Assembly (NCBI GenBank): GCA_039933635.1
Contig: JBDTNQ010000004.1
Location: 31,880-95,879 of the forward strand
DNA length: 64,000 nucleotides
Reading direction: 5' to 3'
DNA from: Acidobacteriota bacterium
GTDB lineage: Bacteria; Acidobacteriota; Vicinamibacteria; Vicinamibacterales; SCN-69-37
In this document: in pieces, positions 20,301 through 28,256 of the stretch
Layout: each line of letters begins with the position of its first letter
Position numbering within the stretch: the first letter of the stretch is position 1
Notes under the pieces: model-generated
Told to the model about the DNA's origin: nothing
Databases searched by the model: none
What the model saw: the letters and a program-made list of their open reading frames with translations, nothing else
Program-made: the position numbers and the translations under genes

Positions 20301-21601
20301 GGTTCGATGACGAATGGGCCGTCATCGATCGCATGACGCTGACGGACGATGACGGACACGCGCTGACAATGTCGGGCCGGACGGGGATTCGCGCCACCGA
20401 ATCGGGCCGCGCCGTCGAGGCGAGCATTACGGCCGATAGTATTCACGTCCTCCACAACGAACTCGGCGACGTGCAGGTGAGCGCCGACCTCAAGATGACC
20501 GGGGCGATCTCTGCGCCCAAGGTGGCCGGGCGCGTCGTGGCGACAAAAGCGCGCGTCGAGGTCGACGAACTGCTGCGCCGGCTCGCCGGGCCCGCGGCGC
20601 CCACCCCGCAGCAGCAGGCCGCCGCCCCCGGCTCCCAGGAAGCCCGCGCGCTCACGCCGTCGGCTCCCGACAGTGAGGCGCCCAGCACCGAGGCGCCCGG
20701 CAACGCGGTGCCGACGGACTCGAAGGGCGCGGTGGCGACCGCCATCGAACCTGGCATCGCACCGCCCGTGAGGACAACGCCGTCCTCGGTTTCGATTGGC
20801 TCGAATCCCTGGGCGCAGGCATCGCTCGATATCGAGATCAGTCTTCCGGACAACGTGGTGCTGCGCGGCCGGAACTTGAAGGTGGGCAGCGGCACGATGG
20901 GACTGGGCGACATCAACCTGACCATCGGGGGCAATGTGTCGTTCCGCAAGGATCCGAACGGCGAGCCGTTGGTCGTCGGTGCTGTCGAGGCCGTGCGTGG
21001 CTTCTACGACTTCCAGGGGCGCCGCTTCACCGTCGTGCGTGGTAGCGCCGTGACGTTCCGCGGCCCGCAACCGAGCAACCCGTCACTCAGCATCACGGGT
21101 GAGCGCGAAGTCTCCGGCGTCACGGCCCAGGTGCGCGTCACCGGCACCGCACGCCGGCCGCAAATCGCGCTGTCGAGTCAGCCGCCGCTGGACGAGGCGG
21201 ATGTGCTGGCGCTCATCGTGTTCAACCAGCCCCTGAACCAATTGGGCGACTCGCAGCAGGTGGACCTCCTTCAGCGCGCGGGCGACATGGCCCTTGGCGC
21301 CATCGCGTCCTCGTTGACCTCGTCGATCGGCCGATCATTGGATGTCGATCTCTTCGAAGTGCGAGCACCGACGACGGGCAAGGCCGGCGAATTGGAGCTC
21401 GGCAGACAGGTCGGCGAGCGCGTGTTCGTGGGATTTCGTCAGCAGTTCGGGTCGGGCGAGGCCAGTCGGCTCTCGATCGAGTACCGCCTGACCGAAGCGC
21501 TGCGGCTCCTGACGTCCTTCGGTCAGGGCGCCGACCGCAATGCCGATACGCGGGACCGCGAAACCGCCGGCGCCGACCTGGTCTACACGATTCGCTACTG
21601 A
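17396..21601 (+). CDS. Translocation and assembly module protein TamB-like (DUF490 C-terminus)
   Basis: ORF trimmed to ATG 17396. N-terminal TM anchor, a very long beta-rich body, and a C-terminal DUF490-like region (PQIALSSQPPLDEADVLALIVFNQP...LSIEYRL). Confidence 0.8.
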   Translation: MRWFRLRTLAVALAALLVLLVVGGLITLRSDWLRRWLRQQAVTRLAAVIDGDVEIGSLSGSLLRDITIQKFAIRQQGQPVVLADRVDVQYSLVQLLRGQLVLSDVHLTNPFVHVAFTSQGWNLAHLTKPQDGPTAGPWALTLQHVRLTNGRVVLDMSDRPTLRLAEVAIDGRVLLDSSGADVTLNQGSFREEGTGTAISRLAGHIASDGEGVAFKGFQLAAPGLDARADAQVQGGRVSGVDAQVTLAKWQGATLQGFLPWLGQVPVLSGTVGAKGAGDALGASWSLEFEDGGSSQGDVRVDLTRAVIPLKGQIRAVRLNPALLVHDPQWRGRVSGDVQIDGTIDPARIRASSASFVTDNLAVTLLGYAVERARLKGSYRATRVNAAGDVAAYGATASVRAVVDLPESPRPVHLNATGFVSHLDVSRLPVEVTSSIPSDVTGDYAVTYSDPTWRASLTSRESRVKGVTLRSGTIASAEGRGNQVKAAIRGEVADLPASMLGAPAAADYTLAGRVDGWVVIPNRTAPFTLDSIEGALQGTIAGESSTNQPSATADVDASLSHGLIQVRKLDVQSPVATVTAKGQLALASAEGTESQLQYQLDAHDLAVFEALGAPALGGAAHSEGTVTGPAGTWNVAGTFGGHQLAYADKATALTINGTFDGTMPAADPAKATGKVSLDGSFINVGDYEILRAKVDATYRGEQADGRQIDLVGKLEQQQRAIEFDTGVILHTDHRELHLRQLTLGGLGEPWRLLPTDQAVVRYSPRELELKGVALTRGQERFEANGTVALDASSASSSSLEVKATQINIGDVYQLTTGTPRIAGTLDGHVVLTGVVSDPNVTADISVTGGKIVDVPFSSIKATATMKSKMVDLNARLIEQNGAAFDVSGTVPASTTEGEADLHVVGAGISLGVIQAATTAVTEVQGIAGVDARVHGPLKDIRINGQVQIGNAAFRVAASGVKYQDLNTEIRFDDEWAVIDRMTLTDDDGHALTMSGRTGIRATESGRAVEASITADSIHVLHNELGDVQVSADLKMTGAISAPKVAGRVVATKARVEVDELLRRLAGPAAPTPQQQAAAPGSQEARALTPSAPDSEAPSTEAPGNAVPTDSKGAVATAIEPGIAPPVRTTPSSVSIGSNPWAQASLDIEISLPDNVVLRGRNLKVGSGTMGLGDINLTIGGNVSFRKDPNGEPLVVGAVEAVRGFYDFQGRRFTVVRGSAVTFRGPQPSNPSLSITGEREVSGVTAQVRVTGTARRPQIALSSQPPLDEADVLALIVFNQPLNQLGDSQQVDLLQRAGDMALGAIASSLTSSIGRSLDVDLFEVRAPTTGKAGELELGRQVGERVFVGFRQQFGSGEASRLSIEYRLTEALRLLTSFGQGADRNADTRDRETAGADLVYTIRY

Positions 21602-22773
21602 TTACTTGCGCGCGCGTCCATGACGCCCAGGACCTGATGCCAGAACGACAGCAGGCGCCACGCGTCGCCGACAGCGGCGGCGCCACCGAGGTTGGCGTGC
21701 GAAAGCAGCGGCGTGAGCAACCAACGGACGCGCGTGTTGCCTCGACGCGCGTAGTCCGCCGCCACGAGTGGCGTCTCCGACGACGGGATCACGTTGTCGT
21801 CTCGCCCATGAATGAGGAAGACCGGCGCGTCCGTCACCGGCGATCGATCCGGGGACAACGCCGCGTCCTGGCCCAATTCGTCGAGCAATGGGAGCAACAT
21901 GGCCCCGACGCGGACAACGTTGCGATCGAGGATATCCGTCAGGATGCTGCGAGCCGGTTCGGGCATGCCGAGGGCAGCCCCGCGAGCGGCGGCAAGCAAA
22001 GGGCCCGCGCGTTCGCCAGTCGGAGTGTCATCGAGCGACGCTTCCAGGAATGTGCGGATGCCGCCCTCGAGCACGTTGACCTGAGCGGCCGGCACCAGGC
22101 GCGGGACCGCCGCGAGAGCGATGACGGCCAGACCGTAGTCGTGCGGTGTCCGCACTGTGCCGTCGGGCAGTTGACCCGTGCAGAGATAGCGGAGCGCGCG
22201 CGGGAGATCGCCGTAGCCGCCGACCGAGAGCACGACGTCGAGGTGGTGACGCAGGCTGTCGCGTCCGGCCGCCACCAGCGCGAGGCCACCCGAGAAGCTG
22301 ACCCCGACAAGCGCGACGCGTCGGCTGGGTGCGAGAAGGGCCTGTGAGATGACCCAGTTCGTGACGTCTTCGATCGCGTCGGTCGACCGGCTGGTGATAC
22401 GGAACTCGCGCAGTTCCGGCAGCGGTGTGCAAACCACTGTCAGCCCTGTGGAGGCGAGGCGTCCGCAGAAGAGCGCCAGGCGCGGTTCGTCAACACCGCC
22501 GCCGTGCACCCCCGGAAACACGACCGCGGTCCGCGTGTGGCGCCCGTCTGGCGTGTACACGCGCGTTGCGATGGGACCCCAGCGGGTCGTCACCGTCCGA
22601 TCGGACGTGGTGAACGTCGCGGGCTTGACGGGCAGCAGGGTCCGTATCGATCCGCGATAGCCCGCGAGGTCCATCAGAAAGGCCAGCGCCGGCGCATACA
22701 CGGCGAGCGCGACGCCGACCGCGACAAGCGCGAAGGCCATGGCGGTCAGGAGGCGCTTCCCGCGAAGGCTCAT
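21595..22773 (-). CDS. Alpha/beta-hydrolase-fold protein with an N-terminal TM segment
   Basis: VGVSFSGG nucleophile-elbow-like motif and LIHGRDDNVIP near the C-terminus. Start set at ATG 22773 to avoid overlap with divergent cmk. Confidence 0.6.
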   Translation of the reverse strand: MSLRGKRLLTAMAFALVAVGVALAVYAPALAFLMDLAGYRGSIRTLLPVKPATFTTSDRTVTTRWGPIATRVYTPDGRHTRTAVVFPGVHGGGVDEPRLALFCGRLASTGLTVVCTPLPELREFRITSRSTDAIEDVTNWVISQALLAPSRRVALVGVSFSGGLALVAAGRDSLRHHLDVVLSVGGYGDLPRALRYLCTGQLPDGTVRTPHDYGLAVIALAAVPRLVPAAQVNVLEGGIRTFLEASLDDTPTGERAGPLLAAARGAALGMPEPARSILTDILDRNVVRVGAMLLPLLDELGQDAALSPDRSPVTDAPVFLIHGRDDNVIPSSETPLVAADYARRGNTRVRWLLTPLLSHANLGGAAAVGDAWRLLSFWHQVLGVMDARASNQ

Positions 22774-22796
22774 CCCGGGAATAATAGTGGACGCGT

Positions 22797-23483
22797 ATGT
22801 CGACGCGTGTGCTGGTGATTGCAATCGACGGTCCGTCCGGAGCGGGGAAGGGCACGGTGTCGCGAACGGTCGCCGACGCGCTGGCCTACCGGCACATCGA
22901 TACCGGAGCCATGTACCGCGCCGTGGCCTGGCTGGCCCGGCACGTCGGGCTGGATCTCACGGATGCCGGTGCCGTGGCGGCACTGGCGCGGACGGCCTCG
23001 ATCGATCTCGGCCCATCCATTGTCATCGACGGGCACGATGTGACGGCGGCGATCCGCACCGCGGAAATGGATCGTGCCGCGGCGATCGTCGCCCAGCATT
23101 CGCCGGTGCGGAAGGTGCTCGTCGATCGCCAGCGAGCGTATGGCGAAGCCGGCGGGGTTGTCATGGAGGGCCGCGATATCGGCAGCGTCGTCTTTCCGTC
23201 CGCGGATGTGAAGGTCTACCTCGACGCGTCGCCCGAAGAGCGGGCCCGGCGCCGGACGCTTGATGCGGCCCACGCGGCAAGTCGCGAGATGCAGGTCCAG
23301 GGCGTCGCCGACGCGCTGGCGGCTCGGGATCAAGCGGATCGCACGCGGACCGTTTCACCGCTCACCATTCCCGACGGCGCCGTGTACATCGACACGACCG
23401 GGCTGTCGATCGACGCGGTGGTCTCACGGGTGATGGCGCTCGTGCACGCGCGCCAAGCGTCGATCAGTCCGGTGGCGCCGTAA
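22797..23483 (+). CDS. cmk: Cytidylate kinase
   Basis: IAIDGPSGAGKGTVSRTVADALAYRHIDTGAMYRA is the canonical Cmk N-terminus. Confidence 0.9.
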   Translation: MSTRVLVIAIDGPSGAGKGTVSRTVADALAYRHIDTGAMYRAVAWLARHVGLDLTDAGAVAALARTASIDLGPSIVIDGHDVTAAIRTAEMDRAAAIVAQHSPVRKVLVDRQRAYGEAGGVVMEGRDIGSVVFPSADVKVYLDASPEERARRRTLDAAHAASREMQVQGVADALAARDQADRTRTVSPLTIPDGAVYIDTTGLSIDAVVSRVMALVHARQASISPVAP

Positions 23484-24933
23484 TCCCGCACTCCTTCATC
23501 TTGTTCAACAGCGTCTTGTAGCTCACGCCCAGCGCTTGGGCGGCCTTGCGCCGGTTCCACCGGAGGCGATCGAGCACGTCCTGAATCGCCGCACGCTCCG
23601 CGGCCAGCGAGGCGCGACGCGCCACTTCGGGCAGCGATGCGATCGCGCCATCGGTCAGCGGTTCATCCGGTTCGGACCGGGCCGGTCGGCTGGCGCGTGA
23701 CGCAGGTTCTGCGCGCAGCGGAGGCTCGTCGACCGCCGCGTCGCCGCCGCGGTGACGCTGGAGCTCACCGAGCACCATGTCCTCGTCTTGCAGGATGACG
23801 AACCGCTTGACGACGTTCTCGAGTTCGCGCACGTTCCCGGGCCACGCGTACCCCAGGAACGCCTCGCGCAATCGCGCCGATGGCCGCACCGTTGGACGCC
23901 CGTATCGCGCCGCGTACTTGATGAGGAAGAACTCCGCGAGCGCGAGGATTTCGTCGCGGCGCTCGCGCAGAGGCGGCACGCGGATTTCGATGACCTGGAG
24001 GCGGTAGTACAGATCCTCGCGGAACTGCCCCGCGCGGATCATCTGATCGAGCTCGCGATTCGTAGCGGCAATGACACGCACGTCGACCGAGACGGGACGG
24101 TTGCTGCCCAGGCGGCTGAACTCGCGGTCCTGCAGCACGTGCAGGAGCTTGGCCTGCAGCGCGAGAGGCATCTCGCCGATCTCGTCGAGCATGATTGTGC
24201 CCTGATGGGCGTACTCGAATTTGCCGACGCGCAGCAGCTGTGCGCCCGTGAACGCACCGCGCTCGTGTCCGAACAGCTCGCTTTCGAGCAGTTCGGCCGG
24301 CAGCGCCGCGCAGTTGACCTTGATGAACTGTCGCGTGCGTCGCGCCGAGCGCCGATGGAGTTCACGCGCAATGACCTCTTTGCCGACGCCGCTCTCTCCG
24401 GACAGGAGCACGCTGACGTCGCTGTCGGCCACGCGCTCGACCATCGTGAGCACGTTGCGCATCGGGATGCCCGATCCCCAGCAGGGCTGCGCGCCATCGG
24501 GATCGTCGGTCACATGCGCGCGGAGGCGCGCGACCTCGCTCGTCAGCCGCACCTTCTCGACCGCGTTCCGGATCGCCACCTCCAGCGCGGCTTCCCCAAG
24601 ACCTTCGGGGTCATCCGGTTTGACGACGTAGTCGACGGCACCGAAGCGCACGGCATCCACGATTGTCGCGGGCACCTGCGTGCCGGACAGCATGATGACC
24701 TGCAAAGCGGGGTGCGCCGACCGGGCCGCCCGCAGTGTCTCGAGTCCGTCCATCTGCGGCATCAGGACGTCGAGCAAGACCACATCCGGCGGCGTGCCAC
24801 TGCCCAGCGCGCGGAGCAGCTCGGGCCCGCTCGAGAACGCGCTCACCTGATAGCCGCGATCGGTCAGCAGCGTGGACAGGTACTGCGAGAAGGTCGAGTC
24901 ATCATCGACGATGGCGACACGGGCGGCGGTCAT
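23464..24933 (-). CDS. Sigma-54-dependent response regulator, paralog 2
   Basis: Same three-domain architecture as paralog 1, with long identical peptide runs (VPATIVDAVR, AVDYVVKPDDPEGLGEAALE, KVNCAALPAELLESELFGHERGAFTGAQ). The start forms an ATGA overlap with the upstream kinase-like gene. Confidence 0.9.
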   Translation of the reverse strand: MTAARVAIVDDDSTFSQYLSTLLTDRGYQVSAFSSGPELLRALGSGTPPDVVLLDVLMPQMDGLETLRAARSAHPALQVIMLSGTQVPATIVDAVRFGAVDYVVKPDDPEGLGEAALEVAIRNAVEKVRLTSEVARLRAHVTDDPDGAQPCWGSGIPMRNVLTMVERVADSDVSVLLSGESGVGKEVIARELHRRSARRTRQFIKVNCAALPAELLESELFGHERGAFTGAQLLRVGKFEYAHQGTIMLDEIGEMPLALQAKLLHVLQDREFSRLGSNRPVSVDVRVIAATNRELDQMIRAGQFREDLYYRLQVIEIRVPPLRERRDEILALAEFFLIKYAARYGRPTVRPSARLREAFLGYAWPGNVRELENVVKRFVILQDEDMVLGELQRHRGGDAAVDEPPLRAEPASRASRPARSEPDEPLTDGAIASLPEVARRASLAAERAAIQDVLDRLRWNRRKAAQALGVSYKTLLNKMKECGITAPPD

Positions 24934-25589
24934 GGACGCGCCCTCCCGCGGCCGATGCGAACGTCGATGTGCGCGAGGTCGGACGTCGCGGTTGCCGTGG
25001 CCTCATGCGTGGCCAGGACGTAGGACGCCAGGCAGAGCGAGAGCCCGAGGCCCCCGCGATTGAACGGCACGGGCTCCGTCGTGGCCGGTAATGTTCCGCC
25101 GGCCTCGAGGGTAGCCGCGTCCGGCGTGACCGCAATCACCACCCGCAGCGCCCCGTCATCGTCTGGACGAACGGCGATGGCGGCCGCGCTCTGGCGTGTT
25201 TCGCGCATCGCCAGCTCCGCCAACGCGCCGATGGATTGCGCGAGTGCCTGCACATCGGCGACGTGGAACGCCCGGTGAGTCATGTCATCTGGTACCGGCG
25301 CGAGGGTGGCTCCGGCCGGCGCGTGCGAGGCGATGGCATGCGTGAACGCCGCGACGTCGGTCGTCGTGCCTGGTTCATCCCTCCGCGCCCAGACCGCGAG
25401 ATCGGAGGATTGTCGTCCGAGGGTGGCCAGTCGACTTGTGGCTGTGAGCATGGCGGTCAGCATGGCGGACTCCGGGTCCGCCGCGTCCCGTTTGCGCTGG
25501 AGGAGCCGGATGTATCCTTGAAGCACACTGAGCGGGCTGCGCAGTTCGTGTGCAAGGACCGAAAGAACGTCAGACAGGTCGGTGCTCAT
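24930..25589 (-). CDS. Small cytoplasmic histidine-kinase-like protein (HisKA/DHp plus a degenerate catalytic domain)
   Basis: ORF trimmed to ATG 25589. H-box LAHELRSPLSVLQGY. The C-terminus has a G2-like GGLGLSL but no recognisable N-box Asn or DxGxG G1 box, and there is no sensor domain. Confidence 0.6.
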   Translation of the reverse strand: MSTDLSDVLSVLAHELRSPLSVLQGYIRLLQRKRDAADPESAMLTAMLTATSRLATLGRQSSDLAVWARRDEPGTTTDVAAFTHAIASHAPAGATLAPVPDDMTHRAFHVADVQALAQSIGALAELAMRETRQSAAAIAVRPDDDGALRVVIAVTPDAATLEAGGTLPATTEPVPFNRGGLGLSLCLASYVLATHEATATATSDLAHIDVRIGRGRARP

Positions 25590-25631
25590 GTCTAGCCACT
25601 TTCGGGTGATCTTCGCATGGGCGCCAGCCGG

Positions 25632-25646
25632 TGGCACAGTCCTTGT
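25632..25646 (+). promoter_or_regulatory. Weak sigma-54-like promoter candidate upstream of the receiver gene
   Basis: TGGCACAGTCCTTGT has a perfect -24 TGGCAC and correct spacing, but the -12 is GT rather than GC. The implied leader to ATG 25679 is about 21 nt. Confidence 0.25.
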
Positions 25647-25678
25647 AGCGCATCGCACGCATTCTATCCGGGGTAGGC

Positions 25679-26107
25679 ATGACCGACCAGCGCAGACGCA
25701 TCCTCATCGTGGACGATTATGTCGACTCTCTTGAGAGTTGGGCGCTGTATTTCAACATGTGCGGGTTTGAGGTGTTTACCGCCGTCGACGGCGAAGCGGC
25801 CGTGCGTGTGGCGCTGGCCAGTCGTCCGGACATCGCGCTCCTCGATCTCGACTTGCCCATCATGACCGGTGTCGAGGTGGCCCGTCAGCTTCGTGCCACT
25901 CCAGAAACGCGCCTGCTGCCGCTTATCGCCACCACGGGCTACTCCGGGGGCTCCCGGTTTCAGGACGCCGAGTCCGCCGGCTTCGATCGCATCATGGTCA
26001 AGCCCTGTGATCCGGCGAAACTGCTCGCCGAGATAGAGCGGTTGCTTGGGGAAAAAAAGGGCCCGGACGGTACTGGTGATGGGCAGACGCCTGCCATTCC
26101 TCAGTAA
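25679..26107 (+). CDS. Single-domain response regulator receiver (CheY-like)
   Basis: ILIVDDYVDS...DIALLDLDLPIMTG...PLIATTGY...KP is the receiver-domain pattern. No output domain. Confidence 0.85.
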   Translation: MTDQRRRILIVDDYVDSLESWALYFNMCGFEVFTAVDGEAAVRVALASRPDIALLDLDLPIMTGVEVARQLRATPETRLLPLIATTGYSGGSRFQDAESAGFDRIMVKPCDPAKLLAEIERLLGEKKGPDGTGDGQTPAIPQ

Positions 26108-26219
26108 TCTCACCTCGGGATTCCGCCAATTACACATCTGAATGCCGACAGGGCCGTGCCCGCGACGGGCATGCCCCATGCATAGTCACGCCTCACGGCG
26201 CGCTCACGGCGGACCGGAT

Positions 26220-26241
26220 GGGGCACTTCTTTCCCGGTGCC
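26220..26241. promoter_or_regulatory. Inverted repeat GGGGCAC-N10-GTGCC (candidate activator site)
   Basis: Same GGGCAC/GTGCC half-sites as the repeat at 5709..5734. The centre is about 68 nt upstream of the -24 GG at 26299-26300. Confidence 0.3.
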
Positions 26242-26297
26242 AAATGACCGCGCCCGCGTCGGGACGTGTCAGTTCCCTTGAAGCGCGCTCCGGTCGG

Positions 26298-26312
26298 TGG
26301 CACGTGGATTGA
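26298..26312 (+). promoter_or_regulatory. Sigma-54-like promoter candidate upstream of the ytxG/ytxH-like pair
   Basis: TGGCACGTGGATTGA has a perfect -24 TGGCACG and correct spacing, but the -12 is GA rather than GC. It lies 15 nt from ATG 26327, which implies a nearly leaderless mRNA, as for treY. Confidence 0.3.
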
Positions 26313-26326
26313 ACACACGACGAGAC

Positions 26327-26782
26327 ATGACGGACAACTCGGCGACGCTTACGTGGCTGGTGATCATCGGCATCTGCAGCCTCACTCAAACCCTGGTCCT
26401 GATTGGGGTGCTGGCCGTGGTCTGGCGTCGGATGCAGGCCGCGGAGGCTCGGATCCATGCCGTCGAGCGCGACATCATCGCGCCAACGCTGGCGCGGGTC
26501 GAGTTGACTCTGCGGGACTTGCAGGACGCGGCTGAGCGCCTTCGGAGCGCGGACGACGCGGTGCGCGAGTGGGTGGCGCGCGGGAAGGATGTCGTATCGC
26601 TGGCAGTAAGCCAGGCGGAGACCCACGTGCGCCCGGTGCTCGGCCTCGTAAAGGGGATGCGGGCCGCGGCGCGTGTGTGGGCGCGCGGACGTTCAGGGCC
26701 CGTGGCTGTTGATCGATCCCGCGTCACCGCGATGCCGGATCCAATGAAGGAAGGAGAACACGCACATGTATGGACAAAGTGA
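26327..26782 (+). CDS. Membrane-anchored coiled-coil protein, DUF948/YtxG-like by architecture
   Basis: ORF 26297..26782 trimmed to ATG 26327. One N-terminal TM segment (LTWLVIIGICSLTQTLVLIGVLAVVW) is followed by a helical region. It overlaps the ytxH-like start by 17 nt. Confidence 0.45.
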   Translation: MTDNSATLTWLVIIGICSLTQTLVLIGVLAVVWRRMQAAEARIHAVERDIIAPTLARVELTLRDLQDAAERLRSADDAVREWVARGKDVVSLAVSQAETHVRPVLGLVKGMRAAARVWARGRSGPVAVDRSRVTAMPDPMKEGEHAHVWTK

Positions 26783-27095
26783 ACTGCGCGACCGCTCAGG
26801 CTCTCATCGAAGCGGGGATTTCCTGGCAGGCGTGATTTGTGGGGCGGCGATCGGTGCCGCTGTCGGCCTGCTGCTGGCGACGAAGCCAGGCGAAGAACTG
26901 CGGGAACAGATTACGGATTCGGCCAAGAGATTCCGTCGGAAGGTCGGAGACACCTACGGACAGGCCGCCGATGGCGTGAACGACGTGCTCGACCGGAGCC
27001 GTGAGGCGGTCCGCCGTGGACGGGAAGAATTCAAGGATTTCGTCGACGAGAAGGTCTCGCAGGCGAAGGACGCGTCGAACGTAAACGCATTCTAA
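26766..27095 (+). CDS. YtxH-domain general stress protein
   Basis: FLAGVICGAAIGAAVGLLLATKPGEELREQI is the typical YtxH N-terminal motif. Confidence 0.75.
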   Translation: MYGQSELRDRSGSHRSGDFLAGVICGAAIGAAVGLLLATKPGEELREQITDSAKRFRRKVGDTYGQAADGVNDVLDRSREAVRRGREEFKDFVDEKVSQAKDASNVNAF

Positions 27096-27098
27096 AGA

Positions 27099-27129
27099 CG
27101 GGGACCGTGTGCGCGGCACACGGTCCCCG
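27099..27129 (+). terminator. Perfect GC-rich hairpin after the ytxH-like gene
   Basis: CGGGGACCGTGTGC-GCG-GCACACGGTCCCCG, about 14 bp of stem, begins 4 nt after the stop. There is no U-tract on the plus strand. Confidence 0.4.
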
Positions 27130-27618
27130 CGCTGCCACCCCTGGGACAGTCATGAATCCGCATCAGCGCGCGACGGACGCCCTCTTTCTCCGGGAGCGCT
27201 GGTAGCCAGTGTCCTTGGTGCGCTCGGCGTCCCATACTTCTACGTCGTTGGCCTCGTGGCTGCCCTCGGCGAGGCCGTACCGATGGTCGGGTCCCTCTTC
27301 GCTGGCGTTGTCGCCACGGTCGTGGCTCTGACCGTCTCGCCCGAATTGGCCCTCATGGTCGGCGCCCTCTTCATCGTGATCCACGAGGTCGAGGCGAATG
27401 TCCTCGTACCTAAAATCATGGAGGATCGGGTCGGCATCGGCGCGATTGCGGTGATGTGCGGGCTGCTCATGGGCTGGGAGCTGACCGGCGTCGTCGGCGC
27501 CGTGGTGGCCATACCGACCGTGGCGATCTTCACGGTAATCGCCGATCAATTTGGACCGCGCCAGCGGTTCGTGCGGCGCTCCGCAGAGAAGCCCTCACTC
27601 CAAGCCGAAGCCGGCTGA
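27109..27618 (+). pseudogene. C-terminal remnant of an AI-2E (PerM/UPF0118) family transporter
   Basis: LGALGVPYFYVVGLVAALGEAVPMVGS...HEVEANVLVPKIMEDRVGI...GVVGAVVAIPTVAI matches only the last ~130 aa of a family that is usually ~350 aa. No N-terminal half is present in any frame upstream. Confidence 0.55.
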
Positions 27619-27686
27619 CGGCGGCCATTGCCCAGCGGAGACGTCCGCCGTCGTCCCTGCGGCGGATGGTCGCTCCGTTGCCGCTG

Positions 27687-27706
27687 GTGGGTAGCGTACT
27701 ACCCAC
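27687..27706. promoter_or_regulatory. Perfect inverted repeat GTGGGTAG-CGTA-CTACCCAC (candidate activator site)
   Basis: 8-bp arms. The centre is about 59 nt upstream of the -24 GG of the promoter at 27754..27769. Confidence 0.35.
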
Positions 27707-27753
27707 GTCCTTCGCTTCGGACGACTGTGCAGAATCGAGGTGTATTCGCGCCG

Positions 27754-27769
27754 TGGCATCCCTCTTGCC
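27754..27769 (+). promoter_or_regulatory. Sigma-54 promoter candidate for the hypothetical/receiver/MEDS-HisKA operon
   Basis: TGGCATCCCTCTTGCC with GG-N10-GC spacing. The leader to ATG 27815 is about 35 nt and contains a GAGGTG RBS. Confidence 0.55.
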
Positions 27770-27814
27770 CGTTACTGGTGTGCAAGCCGGTTGTTGGGCG
27801 TTGAGGTGCTGACG

Positions 27815-28255
27815 ATGGGACGGGCGATCACTGCGGCGTTACTGGGGATTTCCGGCGGAGGGGCGAGTGTTCTTGCCGGCGAGTCGCTCTGGATCGGGGT
27901 CGGCGGTGCGTGTCTCATTGGATTTGGGCTGTGGCAGCTGACCGGCTGCCGGCATCCCCGGCCATTGGCTCTTCTGCCCCCGCTACGCGACGGCGTGGGT
28001 GAGCAGCGTGCTCACTGGTTCTGCGCGGCCTGCGGCGCGCGCTGGCCCGCGCAGTTCGAACACACGAGCCGGCCAACGCTGCGGTTCTCGGGACATGACG
28101 AGTCCAAGGCCAAGGACGCAGCGCGTCGCGCGGCCATGCTCGAGGTCCGCAGCCGTGAGCTGGCGGTGCAACGGGCCGGCATGGATCGTCCGGTCATGAA
28201 GGTACGTCGCCGTTCCGGGCCGGTACCCATTCAGTCGGGACGGGCAGCAGGGTAG
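27815..28255 (+). CDS. Hypothetical membrane protein
   Basis: ORF 27740..28255 trimmed to ATG 27815. Two predicted TM segments are followed by a basic cytoplasmic tail containing one CxxC (FCAACG). No family recognised. Confidence 0.45.
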   Translation: MGRAITAALLGISGGGASVLAGESLWIGVGGACLIGFGLWQLTGCRHPRPLALLPPLRDGVGEQRAHWFCAACGARWPAQFEHTSRPTLRFSGHDESKAKDAARRAAMLEVRSRELAVQRAGMDRPVMKVRRRSGPVPIQSGRAAG

Positions 28256-28256
28256 T

